64,000 nucleotides of DNA from a virus (taxonomy: Duplodnaviria; Caudoviricetes): IMG/VR virus record IMGVR_UViG_3300028602_000002, positions 51,423 through 115,422 of that record; one strand, given 5' to 3'. Position numbers and translations under genes: made by a program. Shown one piece after another: positions 55,951-64,000 of this stretch; position 1 is the stretch's first letter; the number at the start of each line of letters is the position of its first letter. Below the pieces are notes generated by a model. That model did not search any database and was not told the origin of the DNA. It was given only the letters and a program-made list of their open reading frames with translations.

Positions 55951-56495
55951 TTACAAAATTGATATCATTAGTTTCTCTAATTCAATCGGTTTAAAACCGA
56001 TAACATCCATTGATACATTGAAATGCTTATCTGAACCCAAATCATTCCCATGAATATGTCCATGCACATTAGGTTGCTGTATTTTTATATTATTATTTTT
56101 TAAAACACTTCTAACAGAATCAACATGACACCCTTTTAATTCAGCTACTTTTGTTATATTTTGATATTTCTCATAACATTTAATAATATCTTCATAGTTT
56201 AAGTATCTTTTACTATCACCTCCTAAAGTAGCATTGTATCCCGTTGAGCCATATGTATTAAATTTTTTTATATAATACTGCTCTCTTTCTTCAGAATTAT
56301 CAGACTCTTCTAATAGCTCAATTTTAAAATTTTCAATTCCATATTTATTTATTGCCCTATACAATGGTCTGTCTTTGCACCTTTCTCTTTTGCTATCTTT
56401 AATATGTTCTTGAAATCTTTTTTCTATGTTTGATTCAGTTTTTCCAATATACATTTTTCCATTCACTAAATTAATAATTTTATATATTTTGCCAT
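55951..56495 (-). CDS. GIY-YIG homing endonuclease (Seg-like); 5' frameshift; phosphoesterase-like C-terminal tail
   Basis: KIYKI.N.VNGKMYIGKT...KRF.EH...AI.KYG.ENF....LE...GYN.T.GG; ATG 56495 has an SD but is one base out of frame. Confidence 0.85.
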
Positions 56496-56510
56496 TTTTT
56501 TCCCTCCCTT

Positions 56511-56578
56511 TAGGTTTTATGGCGGGCGAATAAATTGAAAGGGCAATTTATTCATCAGTCCTGCAGAACCTGCCCGCC
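56511..56578 (-). promoter_or_regulatory. Structured leader/pseudoknot upstream of the endonuclease SD
   Basis: GGCGGGC/GCCCGCC stem, inner GAAUAAAUUG/CAAUUUAUUC hairpin, AGGUU/AACCU crossing pair. Confidence 0.55.
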
Positions 56579-56589
56579 TTTTATAATTT

Positions 56590-56665
56590 TGGTGGCAGCT
56601 CCCAGAATTGAACTGGGGACGCCTAGATTTTCAGTCTAGCGCTCTACCAACTGAGCTAAGCCGCC
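56590..56665 (-). tRNA. tRNA-Phe(GAA)
   Basis: Canonical 76-nt cloverleaf, CCA. Confidence 0.95.
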
Positions 56666-56668
56666 ATA

Positions 56669-56824
56669 TTAAACAAAGCTTTCAAAAATCCATTCGTCTT
56701 CATATCTAATTTGTAAAATATCTACCATTTCTAACCATCTCATTTCTCCATCATAAATCATAGGAAAGAAAGCAAACCTCTTAATAACTCTTTTATCTCC
56801 ATTTTTAGGAACCCTTAACCTCAT
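56669..56824 (-). CDS. Small hypothetical protein (51 aa)
   Basis: MRLRVPKNGDKRVIKRFAFFP...RWLE; SD aaggag; below the track cutoff. Confidence 0.6.
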   Translation of the reverse strand: MRLRVPKNGDKRVIKRFAFFPMIYDGEMRWLEMVDILQIRYEDEWIFESFV

Positions 56825-56853
56825 TAGGTATCATCTCCTTTTTAGAAATAAAA

Positions 56854-56928
56854 TGGAGGGACTGCAGAGAATTGAACTCTGAAGCAATAGTTTTGCAGAC
56901 TATGCCCTGACCAACAGGATACAGCCCC
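56854..56928 (-). tRNA. tRNA-Cys(GCA)
   Basis: Loop CUGCAAA, U73, CCA. Confidence 0.9.
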
Positions 56929-56933
56929 TATGT

Positions 56934-57018
56934 TGGTGGGAGAGGAGAGATTTGAACTCTCACGCCTTACGGCACTAGCTTCTAAGACTAGCGCGCCTGC
57001 CAGTTACGCCACCCTCCC
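56934..57018 (-). tRNA. tRNA-Leu(UAG)
   Basis: Loop CUUAGAA, long variable arm, CCA. Confidence 0.93.
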
Positions 57019-57022
57019 ATGT

Positions 57023-57098
57023 TGGTGGACCAGAAGAGATTTGAACTCTCATCTTTCTCCTTGCAAGGGAGACGCTTTCCCAATTAAGCTACCGGCCC
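57023..57098 (-). tRNA. tRNA-Ala(UGC)
   Basis: Loop CUUGCAA, G3-U70, CCA. Confidence 0.93.
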
Positions 57099-57128
57099 GT
57101 ATAATATTTCTTTTTTCACTCTACATAT

Positions 57129-57157
57129 ATTATATCATAAAATTTCTATTTTGTCAA
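57129..57157 (-). promoter_or_regulatory. sigmaA-type promoter for the main tRNA cluster
   Basis: TTGACA-17-TATAAT with extended TG. Confidence 0.85.
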
Positions 57158-57178
57158 GTAAAAAAAGAAGGAAGAAAA

Positions 57179-57252
57179 TGGAGCGACTAAGGAGAATCGA
57201 ACTCCTATCTCTTGGATGGCACCCAAGCGTAATTCCTTTATACTATAGTCGC
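57179..57252 (-). tRNA. tRNA-Gly(GCC)
   Basis: GCG start, loop GUGCCAU, U73, CCA. Confidence 0.9.
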
Positions 57253-58052
57253 TAATCTACTTTCTCTAAAAATTCTTCTGCCCAGGCAAACCCATCTGTT
57301 TTACCATCTTCATCATATAGTAAATATAAATTTTTAGTTTTATATTCATCAGTAGTTTTATTTGCAACCTTTCCTGTTATATATTCTCCAACTTGAATAT
57401 AAATATAGTATTTATCTTGTGGATTTCTGGCATAATCTTTGTTCGGTTTTCCGTTCTCAATCCATAGAGGATAATCCCCAACCGTTTTAAAATAGTTTAC
57501 CCGAATGCGTTTGCCTTCTTTGTTATACATTCCATTAATAAAAAGTGGTTTCATAAGTTTTGCTTTCACTTCAGCTTTTTTATTTTTTAATTGATCAAGA
57601 TGTGCTTCATAAGTTATTTTGTTATTATAATCATTTAATCTATAAGGTAATATCACTCCTACAAATTCAAACTGTTCTCCTCTAAAAATCGGCATAGGAG
57701 AATTTAACATACCAGGATAATAAAATAATCTACATTTTAAATCCTTAATAAAATTATAATACATTTCTTGTACTGCCACATTATCTTTTGTTAATAATAC
57801 TCCGTCTGATTCTTTACTATAGTACATAGGCTCAAATTCTGTTGTATTTTCTTGTTGTGTTCTTTCTTCTTCCCTGGTGAATAATTTTTCTAACATTGAC
57901 TTTCTTGATTCATCACTTACAGGGAATGTTGATACAAGATTCTTTTGGGTTTTCTTTAGGCAATTTAACTTAATAAGAAAATGATTATTAGATAATAGTT
58001 CATCAGTTACAAATTTATCCTTTAGGAAAAAATCTTTAAATTTATATGACAT
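57252..58052 (-). CDS. Hypothetical protein
   Basis: 266 aa; SD aaggag. Confidence 0.6.
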   Translation of the reverse strand: MSYKFKDFFLKDKFVTDELLSNNHFLIKLNCLKKTQKNLVSTFPVSDESRKSMLEKLFTREEERTQQENTTEFEPMYYSKESDGVLLTKDNVAVQEMYYNFIKDLKCRLFYYPGMLNSPMPIFRGEQFEFVGVILPYRLNDYNNKITYEAHLDQLKNKKAEVKAKLMKPLFINGMYNKEGKRIRVNYFKTVGDYPLWIENGKPNKDYARNPQDKYYIYIQVGEYITGKVANKTTDEYKTKNLYLLYDEDGKTDGFAWAEEFLEKVD

Positions 58053-58079
58053 TAGGTTTTACTCCTTTTTATTTTTTTT

Positions 58080-58334
58080 TTAGTTTATAACCCATAGATA
58101 AAAATTGGGTAGCCCTATTTGTACGCCGCCGTTGTCACGCTGCCAATAGAAGAACGGCAACCTTATTAACCAATGCCAATGCCTTAATTGTCCGTGCGGG
58201 CTTACAGTAAATTTTAAGTTTTTAAATCCTATTCCTTTAAACCAAAACTTAACTTTGTTTTTGCGTTTAATCACAACCAATTTTCCGTTAATGAGTTGAT
58301 ACGCATTGTGCCCTTCATGTCTAAATATTTTCAT
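58080..58334 (-). CDS. Hypothetical basic/aromatic protein
   Basis: ATG 58334 has SD aggagg. Confidence 0.55.
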   Translation of the reverse strand: MKIFRHEGHNAYQLINGKLVVIKRKNKVKFWFKGIGFKNLKFTVSPHGQLRHWHWLIRLPFFYWQRDNGGVQIGLPNFYLWVIN

Positions 58335-58528
58335 TTTCAATCCTCCTATTGAACAAAATTCACATTTGGATAAATGTACGACCAATAGATTCAGACATAG
58401 CTTTTCTGGCTAGCATAATAGGTTTATTACTATTCTCGTAAACTTTCCTACAGATATACCAGTAATTCTGTTTCACTTTAACTTTATCACCAATATCAAG
58501 CATATCTATTCTCCTTTGTTGAATAAGA

Positions 58529-58603
58529 TGGCGGGAGCACAAGGATTCGAACCCAGAGCGACGGTTTTGGAGACCGTAATGTTACCATTGACACCATACT
58601 CCC
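58529..58603 (-). tRNA. tRNA-Trp(CCA)
   Basis: Loop CUCCAAA, G73, CCA. Confidence 0.9.
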
Positions 58604-58717
58604 GCACACATTTATACCTTTTCTTTTTTCTCTTTCAGAGAGAGTTTAAATTTCTCTAGCTTTCTAGCTTGCTCTTGCCCTATAATTTGACGGAAATTCC
58701 AGAGACTAGTATTCTGT

Positions 58718-58993
58718 TTACTTTGTTTTTTCATTATCTTTCCCTCCATATTCTTTAATATTATTAGGTACGCGATAAATAAAAGGCTCTCCAGTTGATT
58801 TGTATTTTGTTAACATTTTCTTTATTTCAATAGCGGTATCATTACATAGCTTTTGTGTTTTAAACTCACCTAAAATCAAAGGCATAGAAAATCCTTCTTT
58901 TTTAGGATAGGCTAGTAGTACCTTATCCATTGTATATATTCCATAGTGTCTCATATCAAAAATAATTTTTCTATTCTGTTCAACGACAAACAT
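58718..58993 (-). CDS. Hypothetical protein
   Basis: ATG 58993 has SD gaggagg. Confidence 0.55.
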   Translation of the reverse strand: MFVVEQNRKIIFDMRHYGIYTMDKVLLAYPKKEGFSMPLILGEFKTQKLCNDTAIEIKKMLTKYKSTGEPFIYRVPNNIKEYGGKDNEKTK

Positions 58994-59074
58994 ATTAATC
59001 CTCCTCAAAGAAAAGATGGCTCCCAGCTTTCACCAGGAGCCAGAGAATAAGGTGGTGATACACTTTGCACATAT

Positions 59075-59103
59075 ATTATATCACAAAATTTGATTTTTGT
59101 CAA
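59075..59103 (-). promoter_or_regulatory. sigmaA-type promoter
   Basis: TTGACA-17-TATAAT with extended TG. Confidence 0.85.
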
Positions 59104-59107
59104 GCAT

Positions 59108-59299
59108 TTATTTACTTTGTGAACAAGGTAGACAACAAGAAATTTCTTTTACTATCTCCCATCCTTCAGGAATTCTATCAATAGTTTTATCTGGCTTAAG
59201 AACTGGGTCATAAATCCTTCCTCTTGTTTCAGTAACAATTTTGATTGGTTTCACTCTGTTGGGCTGTGCTTTCTTACAAACATCACATATAAAGCTCAT
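59108..59299 (-). CDS. Small Zn-ribbon protein
   Basis: CDVC...GWEIVKE...C..C; SD aggagg. Confidence 0.6.
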   Translation of the reverse strand: MSFICDVCKKAQPNRVKPIKIVTETRGRIYDPVLKPDKTIDRIPEGWEIVKEISCCLPCSQSK

Positions 59300-59311
59300 A
59301 AGTTCTCCTCC

Positions 59312-59851
59312 TTAGTTATAATTATCTAAAAATTTTAAAAATTCATTCACAGCTTTTGATAAATTTTCTATACCAGATTCAGAATTAATAACATAGTCAA
59401 AATTTTGATATGAGTCAAGTGCCACTTCAGATGGATGGGCTTGCTGTTCTAAAGTTAATGGAGTTTTGAAATTTAATCTATTAATCTTGACAGCAATTAT
59501 TTCCCAATCTCCTTCTCGCCACTTATCTATTTCATTTGGAAAGCGACAATCAGGAATTATGACATAATCCCATTGATTTTTAAACATAGATAAAAAATCT
59601 ATTACGAAGTCAACCCAATAGTCTGGTCTTTGTTTTCTAATAACATTAGTTCCAACATATTGAAGTAAATCTCTACCAAAATTATTTTTTTCTCCATTCC
59701 AATTAAAGTATTGCTTACAGATATATTTTAAAAGATCTGCAAAATGTATAATAAGTACTTTTTCTTTCTTCTGTTTTAAATTTTCTTCAATCATTTTGGC
59801 GGCTGTATCTTTACCAGAAAGAGCTTTTCCCGCTATTAAAATAACCTTCAA
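59312..59851 (-). CDS. Deoxynucleoside monophosphate kinase
   Basis: GKALSGKDT, FAD.LK, R.LLQ..GT...R, DCRFPNE, HPSE. Confidence 0.85.
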   Translation of the reverse strand: MKVILIAGKALSGKDTAAKMIEENLKQKKEKVLIIHFADLLKYICKQYFNWNGEKNNFGRDLLQYVGTNVIRKQRPDYWVDFVIDFLSMFKNQWDYVIIPDCRFPNEIDKWREGDWEIIAVKINRLNFKTPLTLEQQAHPSEVALDSYQNFDYVINSESGIENLSKAVNEFLKFLDNYN

Positions 59852-59911
59852 AAAATACCTCCATTTCTTATTCAAAAATAAAGCTGTGTTTTACCACAGC
59901 TGTAAGTTACA

Positions 59912-60109
59912 TTAAAACTCCCAATCTTCAATATCATTAAGGTCAAGATCTGAAAGGTCATCCAAATCATGTAGTGATGATATCATTCCTGTTAGATCCT
60001 TTAGTTTTTTATTTTCTTTTTTCCTTGTTTTTTTATTCAGCTGTTTTTTAATAGCAGATTTCTTTTGAAAACCATTAACACGATCTTCTTCATCAAAATT
60101 ACGACCCAC
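59912..60109 (-). CDS. Small charged hypothetical protein
   Basis: 65 aa, basic middle and acidic tail; SD aggagg. Confidence 0.55.
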   Translation of the reverse strand: MGRNFDEEDRVNGFQKKSAIKKQLNKKTRKKENKKLKDLTGMISSLHDLDDLSDLDLNDIEDWEF

Positions 60110-60131
60110 TATTGTTCCTCCTTAAATTAAA

Positions 60132-60206
60132 TGGTGGGGGCTATAGGATTTGAACCTATGACTTCTTGCTTGTAAGGCAAACGCTCTCCCGCTGAACTAA
60201 GCCCCC
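60132..60206 (-). tRNA. tRNA-Val(UAC)
   Basis: Loop CUUACAA, canonical cloverleaf, CCA. Confidence 0.94.
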
Positions 60207-60213
60207 CTTTGTT

Positions 60214-60633
60214 TTAACCTTTCTTTTTTACAATTTTTATAGTGTAATCTGCTTCTCCTCTTTGAATAACTACCCCTTCCTTAGAAAAGAAAACTTTTCT
60301 TTTCTCTGTATCAGAATAATATTGAAGTAGAGCTTCGTATATTTCTGACTTAAATGGCTCTCTTTTAATCTCTCTCTCATCTTCAGAAACTTTAGTTCTT
60401 TTTTCTACTACCTTAATATGAAATTTCCCTATGTCAGTTTTAGCAATGAGTTCTTTATCCTTTGTAGTTACAGCACTAGGAAATCTTTCCTTTATCATTC
60501 TATCAATATCGAAATATATTTCCTCTTTAAATGGCATAGCCGTTCTTATTTTCTTTTTTGATTTAGCCGCCTTTCTTTTTTCTTGGTCCTCCATAAACTT
60601 GGCAACAAACTCCTCTTTTGTTAGGATTACCAT
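60214..60633 (-). CDS. Hypothetical protein with two internal repeats
   Basis: PFK.EIY...IK.V.K appears twice; true start ATG 60633 (track start lies in the promoter). Confidence 0.6.
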   Translation of the reverse strand: MVILTKEEFVAKFMEDQEKRKAAKSKKKIRTAMPFKEEIYFDIDRMIKERFPSAVTTKDKELIAKTDIGKFHIKVVEKRTKVSEDEREIKREPFKSEIYEALLQYYSDTEKRKVFFSKEGVVIQRGEADYTIKIVKKKG

Positions 60634-60661
60634 TAAGCGACCCCTTTCTTTATTTAATAAT

Positions 60662-60690
60662 ATTATATCATAAAAATATGATTTTGTCAA
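60662..60690 (-). promoter_or_regulatory. sigmaA-type promoter
   Basis: TTGACA-17-TATAAT with extended TG. Confidence 0.85.
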
Positions 60691-60749
60691 CTAATTAGTT
60701 AACCACGACAACACAGGAGTAATAATGTACTCCTGTGTTGACATAGGAA

Positions 60750-61061
60750 CTAAGCAGCCTCAAATCCAGCTTCTCCCTCTTCTTCTTCGTCTTCATCTTC
60801 TTTCTCTTGCTTCTTCTCGGCTTTATCAGCCTCATATTGAGTGATTTTTTCCTCATAAGTGGTGACAGGTGCTAATTCATTTTCAGAAACTTGATTTTTC
60901 TTCTTGATAACTTTAACAACCACATGCTCACCATCAATATGATTCTCAAAAACTAAACCTTCCTTACTCCTGCCAACTGGAGTAAATCCTTGACCCTCCA
61001 AGCCAGCCACCACAAAATCATAAAATTCCTCTCTGATCTTATCAGGCTTAACCGCTGCCAT
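60750..61061 (-). CDS. Hypothetical protein with acidic tail
   Basis: 103 aa; own promoter; downstream hairpin 60709-60740. Confidence 0.65.
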   Translation of the reverse strand: MAAVKPDKIREEFYDFVVAGLEGQGFTPVGRSKEGLVFENHIDGEHVVVKVIKKKNQVSENELAPVTTYEEKITQYEADKAEKKQEKEDEDEEEEGEAGFEAA

Positions 61062-61102
61062 ATTGACACTCTCCTTTTCACTTTTTTTTATTTTCTATAC
61101 TT

Positions 61103-61131
61103 ATTATATCATGTTTTTTTAACCTTGTCAA
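61103..61131 (-). promoter_or_regulatory. sigmaA-type promoter
   Basis: TTGACA-17-TATAAT with extended TG. Confidence 0.85.
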
Positions 61132-61155
61132 GAAGTTTTTTCTGGAACAATTTAA

Positions 61156-61470
61156 CTAACATTCAAATTCTATTCTTTCTTTTGTTTCAATATCATAAAT
61201 TGTTCCACAGTCACATTCAAAAACTTGAACTTTTTTCACATTAGCAAAAGGAATGAAAAAATATCCTTCTTCATTATCTGCCCTGGTAAATAAACTATAT
61301 TCAACACCACTAAGATCCATAATTTCCAACGGTGGTTTAGCTTCAATTAAATATATATCTAAGATATTATCCATTATTTCTATAACTTCTGGGTCTAAGT
61401 AAGTTCCATCTTCTAAGATAATTAGTTGATTAGGATTTAAAGATTTTATTTTAAATATCTCAGGGATCAT
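61156..61470 (-). CDS. Hypothetical protein
   Basis: 104 aa; SD ggaggt. Confidence 0.55.
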   Translation of the reverse strand: MIPEIFKIKSLNPNQLIILEDGTYLDPEVIEIMDNILDIYLIEAKPPLEIMDLSGVEYSLFTRADNEEGYFFIPFANVKKVQVFECDCGTIYDIETKERIEFEC

Positions 61471-61665
61471 AGTTATCCACCTCCATTAATTTATTTTAAA
61501 GCCTTCTTCATATCCACAGTCTTCACAATAAATATAAAACATGTCTATCCCTCTACCATCAGCATCACTAAACTCATTCTTGGTAATTGAACCTTTCGTA
61601 TTTTCGCTTCCACACTTCTTACAGTGATAAACTTCACATCCACTCACTTTGCTTCCTCTCTTTCT

Positions 61666-61992
61666 TTAAAGATTACATTCTTTTCTCAATTCTTCAATAC
61701 TCATTCCGTATTCATTCTCTATGTGTTTGGCAAAAATACCATCACCAAAAAGATAATTACTTGGAACATTATATGGAGGTAAGAATAAAAGTTTACTTAA
61801 ATCTTTCTTAGCTTGTTGTCTTAAATAAGGAGATAATTTTGGTTCATCAATCTCAGCTAAGAAATTATCTACAGTTGCTTGAACACTTTTTATTCTTTTC
61901 TCCATTTTCCCATGAATCAGTTCCTCAGCGATAAGAAATTTACACATCCACTTTATTGTTTGTAGTTTATTTTTACTTAAATCTACATTCAT
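61666..61992 (-). CDS. Hypothetical protein
   Basis: 108 aa directly downstream of a promoter. Confidence 0.55.
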   Translation of the reverse strand: MNVDLSKNKLQTIKWMCKFLIAEELIHGKMEKRIKSVQATVDNFLAEIDEPKLSPYLRQQAKKDLSKLLFLPPYNVPSNYLFGDGIFAKHIENEYGMSIEELRKECNL

Positions 61993-62024
61993 TAAAGTAC
62001 CACCTTTCCTTACCTTCTATATAT

Positions 62025-62053
62025 ATTATACCATAATTCTTTTATCTTGTCAA
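62025..62053 (-). promoter_or_regulatory. sigmaA-type promoter
   Basis: TTGACA-17-TATAAT with extended TG. Confidence 0.85.
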
Positions 62054-62080
62054 GAAGTATTTTTTACTTATAATTACCAG

Positions 62081-63121
62081 CTATAGAAATTTATGTGTTA
62101 TGCTATTATCTGGCATATAATATATATTGTAATCTCCCGCTTCTAAAGCAAATAAACTAGGGTATTGTTGCTTAAATAACTTATAATTCCCATTATCATT
62201 GTAGCCTACTAATTCCTTAATTGTAAACTGACAATCATATTTTACACAAAAATCTAAATACTCTTTAATTAATTCTATAGTGGAAAACTCTGTTACAACA
62301 TGAGTTATACGAAGCTTACTATATTGTCTCAGCCATTTAAAATATTCTATATCATCTTTTAAAAAATCAGAGCTTGCTACACAACGATTAATCTTTTGCC
62401 AGAAATTCATATCATAAAATTTTTCTCTTGAATGAACATCCACTTGAATTTTTAATTCATTGCAAATTTTAAATAATTTGTTCCACCATTCTCTATACTT
62501 TTCAAAATTAAAAAGGCAATCCCCGCCACCAGATACACTCAGCTTCCCCTTATGTTGATTAGCTTTAATGAATTTGTATAATTTATCCCAATCTGTCTCT
62601 AATTGTACATCCTTAAGACGATGTTCTTTCCAAATACAGTACCAGCAATTTGTTCTACAACCGAAGTTAGTGATTATTGAAATATTCAGATTGTCTCTAA
62701 TAAAAGAACTACTAATATTGAAATATCTGCTTTCAATTTTTTTCACTACTATCCCTTTATTTGTAAAAAAATCCTCATACTCTTTGGGATAATCTTTTCC
62801 CATTATAATTATATCAGCATTAACTTTTATTACTTGACTATATATAGTTTTAAAATAATCTGTTAAAGAAAAATGATGTTTAGTATTGTGAGTGAGAACC
62901 TCAACTCTATTAGGGAATTGTGATTTAAAAATTCCTATCCTAACATCAATATCTAACAAATTATCTCTATCTATTTCTCTATTGTCAATAGAAATTACAA
63001 TTTTTCCATCAGGATATTTTGTTAATAATTGTTTAACAACTTCAAAATGCCCTTTATGCGGTGGTTGAAATCTCCCAGGAAATAATATTACTGGTGAATA
63101 TGTGCCAGCTGTCCGCAACAT
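62081..63121 (-). CDS. Fusion of a HIGH-type nucleotidyltransferase (NMNAT/cytidylyltransferase-like) and a radical SAM domain
   Basis: FPGRFQPPHKGH and ISSSFIR, then CRTNCWYC and SVSGGGD; ATG has SD gaggagg. Confidence 0.8.
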   Translation of the reverse strand: MLRTAGTYSPVILFPGRFQPPHKGHFEVVKQLLTKYPDGKIVISIDNREIDRDNLLDIDVRIGIFKSQFPNRVEVLTHNTKHHFSLTDYFKTIYSQVIKVNADIIIMGKDYPKEYEDFFTNKGIVVKKIESRYFNISSSFIRDNLNISIITNFGCRTNCWYCIWKEHRLKDVQLETDWDKLYKFIKANQHKGKLSVSGGGDCLFNFEKYREWWNKLFKICNELKIQVDVHSREKFYDMNFWQKINRCVASSDFLKDDIEYFKWLRQYSKLRITHVVTEFSTIELIKEYLDFCVKYDCQFTIKELVGYNDNGNYKLFKQQYPSLFALEAGDYNIYYMPDNSITHKFL

Positions 63122-63999
63122 AGTCCTGCCTCCTCACATTTGGCAATAGCATCCACTACTGTTGGAATACCTGCTTCAGTGAATTGTTGTTTTAAATCTA
63201 ATAATTTTTCATAATTACTATAATTTGCATAAGTTTGAAGGTTATAATTATCACCCTGATTTGTTTTGTTTAGAGGAATTAATTTTACTGCAAACTTATC
63301 ACCAGTTAGTCCCATTTTTTGTAGCTTACTAACATCAACTTCTATGTCTTTCATTACAATAAAATTTAATGTTACTGTTCGATTGGTAATTTCTTTTTTC
63401 TTAACATAATTAATAATTTCTTCTAATGAAAGAATAGGAGAACCGCCAAATAATTTTTTCCTTGTGTCTTCACTTGTACTATTACAACTAATCTGAAGAT
63501 GTAGGAAACCATTATACTCTATTTCTTTTAGTTCTATTACTTTTTCTAAAACTTCTATTGGTTCAAATTTAGAATATAAAGGAAGAATTGTATTGAAACA
63601 AGGCAACCAATTCATATTTTTATTCTGTTCTTTTGAAATTTCTGGCAATCTTCTCATAACATTCAAAACATTAGTTAAATTATGTGCTGGTTCTCCCATC
63701 CTGGCAAAACCAATCTTAACTTTATCACATTCTTTTACATAGTCAGTGTTTTTTAATAAGAAAGAAACTTGATATTCTATCTCCTCTTGAGTAAGATTTC
63801 CTTTAAATGGTAATGTAGCAACATCGCAAAATAAACAATTATGATTACAGCCTTTTTGAGTTGAAACTGTCAATAACCATTTATTTTTATAGTCAACCAA
63901 ATGTTTCCATATTACATGAGGATCTAAACTTTCTCTCACTTCTATATGATTTTTTCCATCTACTGCTACATCTCTCATTTCTGTACATTCGATTGGATA
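63088..63999 (-). CDS. RlmN/Cfr-like radical SAM RNA methyltransferase (probably 5'-truncated by the window edge)
   Basis: VSTQKGCNHNCLFC, ARMGEP, LIPLN, CCGQL; frame stays open to the window end. Confidence 0.8.
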   Translation of the reverse strand, partial: YPIECTEMRDVAVDGKNHIEVRESLDPHVIWKHLVDYKNKWLLTVSTQKGCNHNCLFCDVATLPFKGNLTQEEIEYQVSFLLKNTDYVKECDKVKIGFARMGEPAHNLTNVLNVMRRLPEISKEQNKNMNWLPCFNTILPLYSKFEPIEVLEKVIELKEIEYNGFLHLQISCNSTSEDTRKKLFGGSPILSLEEIINYVKKKEITNRTVTLNFIVMKDIEVDVSKLQKMGLTGDKFAVKLIPLNKTNQGDNYNLQTYANYSNYEKLLDLKQQFTEAGIPTVVDAIAKCEEAGLCCGQLAHIHQ

Positions 64000-64000
64000 T

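Noticed and set aside
56511-56578. Hammerhead, HDV-like (theta) ribozyme or preQ1 riboswitch
   Set aside because: CUGAUGA is present but the GAAA core and stem III are missing. There is no P1.1/P4 for an HDV fold, and the loop is too long for preQ1-I.
26253-62792. Short + strand ORFs in the - arm, and ORFs overlapping RNA genes (51342..51560, 51554..51796, 52185..52370, 55692..55880, 56930..57190)
   Set aside because: They are antisense shadows of genes, tRNAs or the tmRNA, or they overlap the Y RNA units, with no coding evidence.
1-64000. Stop-codon reassignment
   Set aside because: Standard-code ORFs tile the window densely and no suppressor tRNA was found.

Overview
This 64-kb window is part of a large, AT-rich Bacillota-infecting siphovirus genome (or prophage) with two convergent arms. 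The + arm (1-25842) carries head-completion and neck genes, two paralogous tail-tube genes, a split giant tape measure, an evolved Dit, a Tal-like protein, GLUG-repeat adhesins and a lysis module (amidase, papain-like C1 peptidase-SPOR, holin-like proteins). The - arm (26267-64000) carries nucleotide metabolism (dUTPase, ThyX, class II RNR, dNMP kinases, dCMP deaminase), a replisome (DnaE, DnaG, DnaB, SSB, RecJ, RNase H, ligase, RuvC-like resolvase), two DNA methyltransferases and an RNA/translation island. The island holds a tmRNA, 12 tRNAs, Pth2, an RlmN-like enzyme and several unexplained structured RNAs. The standout is an operon at 49259-51674 (-): a consensus sigmaA promoter drives seven tandem Y-RNA-like genes followed by a Ro60/TROVE (Rsr) gene. 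The seven units share a scaffold (terminal stem, AGYGYAR bulge, stem, UACUUCG) but carry different payloads. Two payloads are complete circularly permuted tRNAs, and five of the seven display canonical-looking anticodon stem-loops (ACU, UCU, AGG, GUU, GGA). My hypothesis is a Ro60-chaperoned panel of tRNA decoys. All calls come from reading motifs and base-pairing by eye; no searches or folding programs were run. Several single-base deletions suggest assembly errors.
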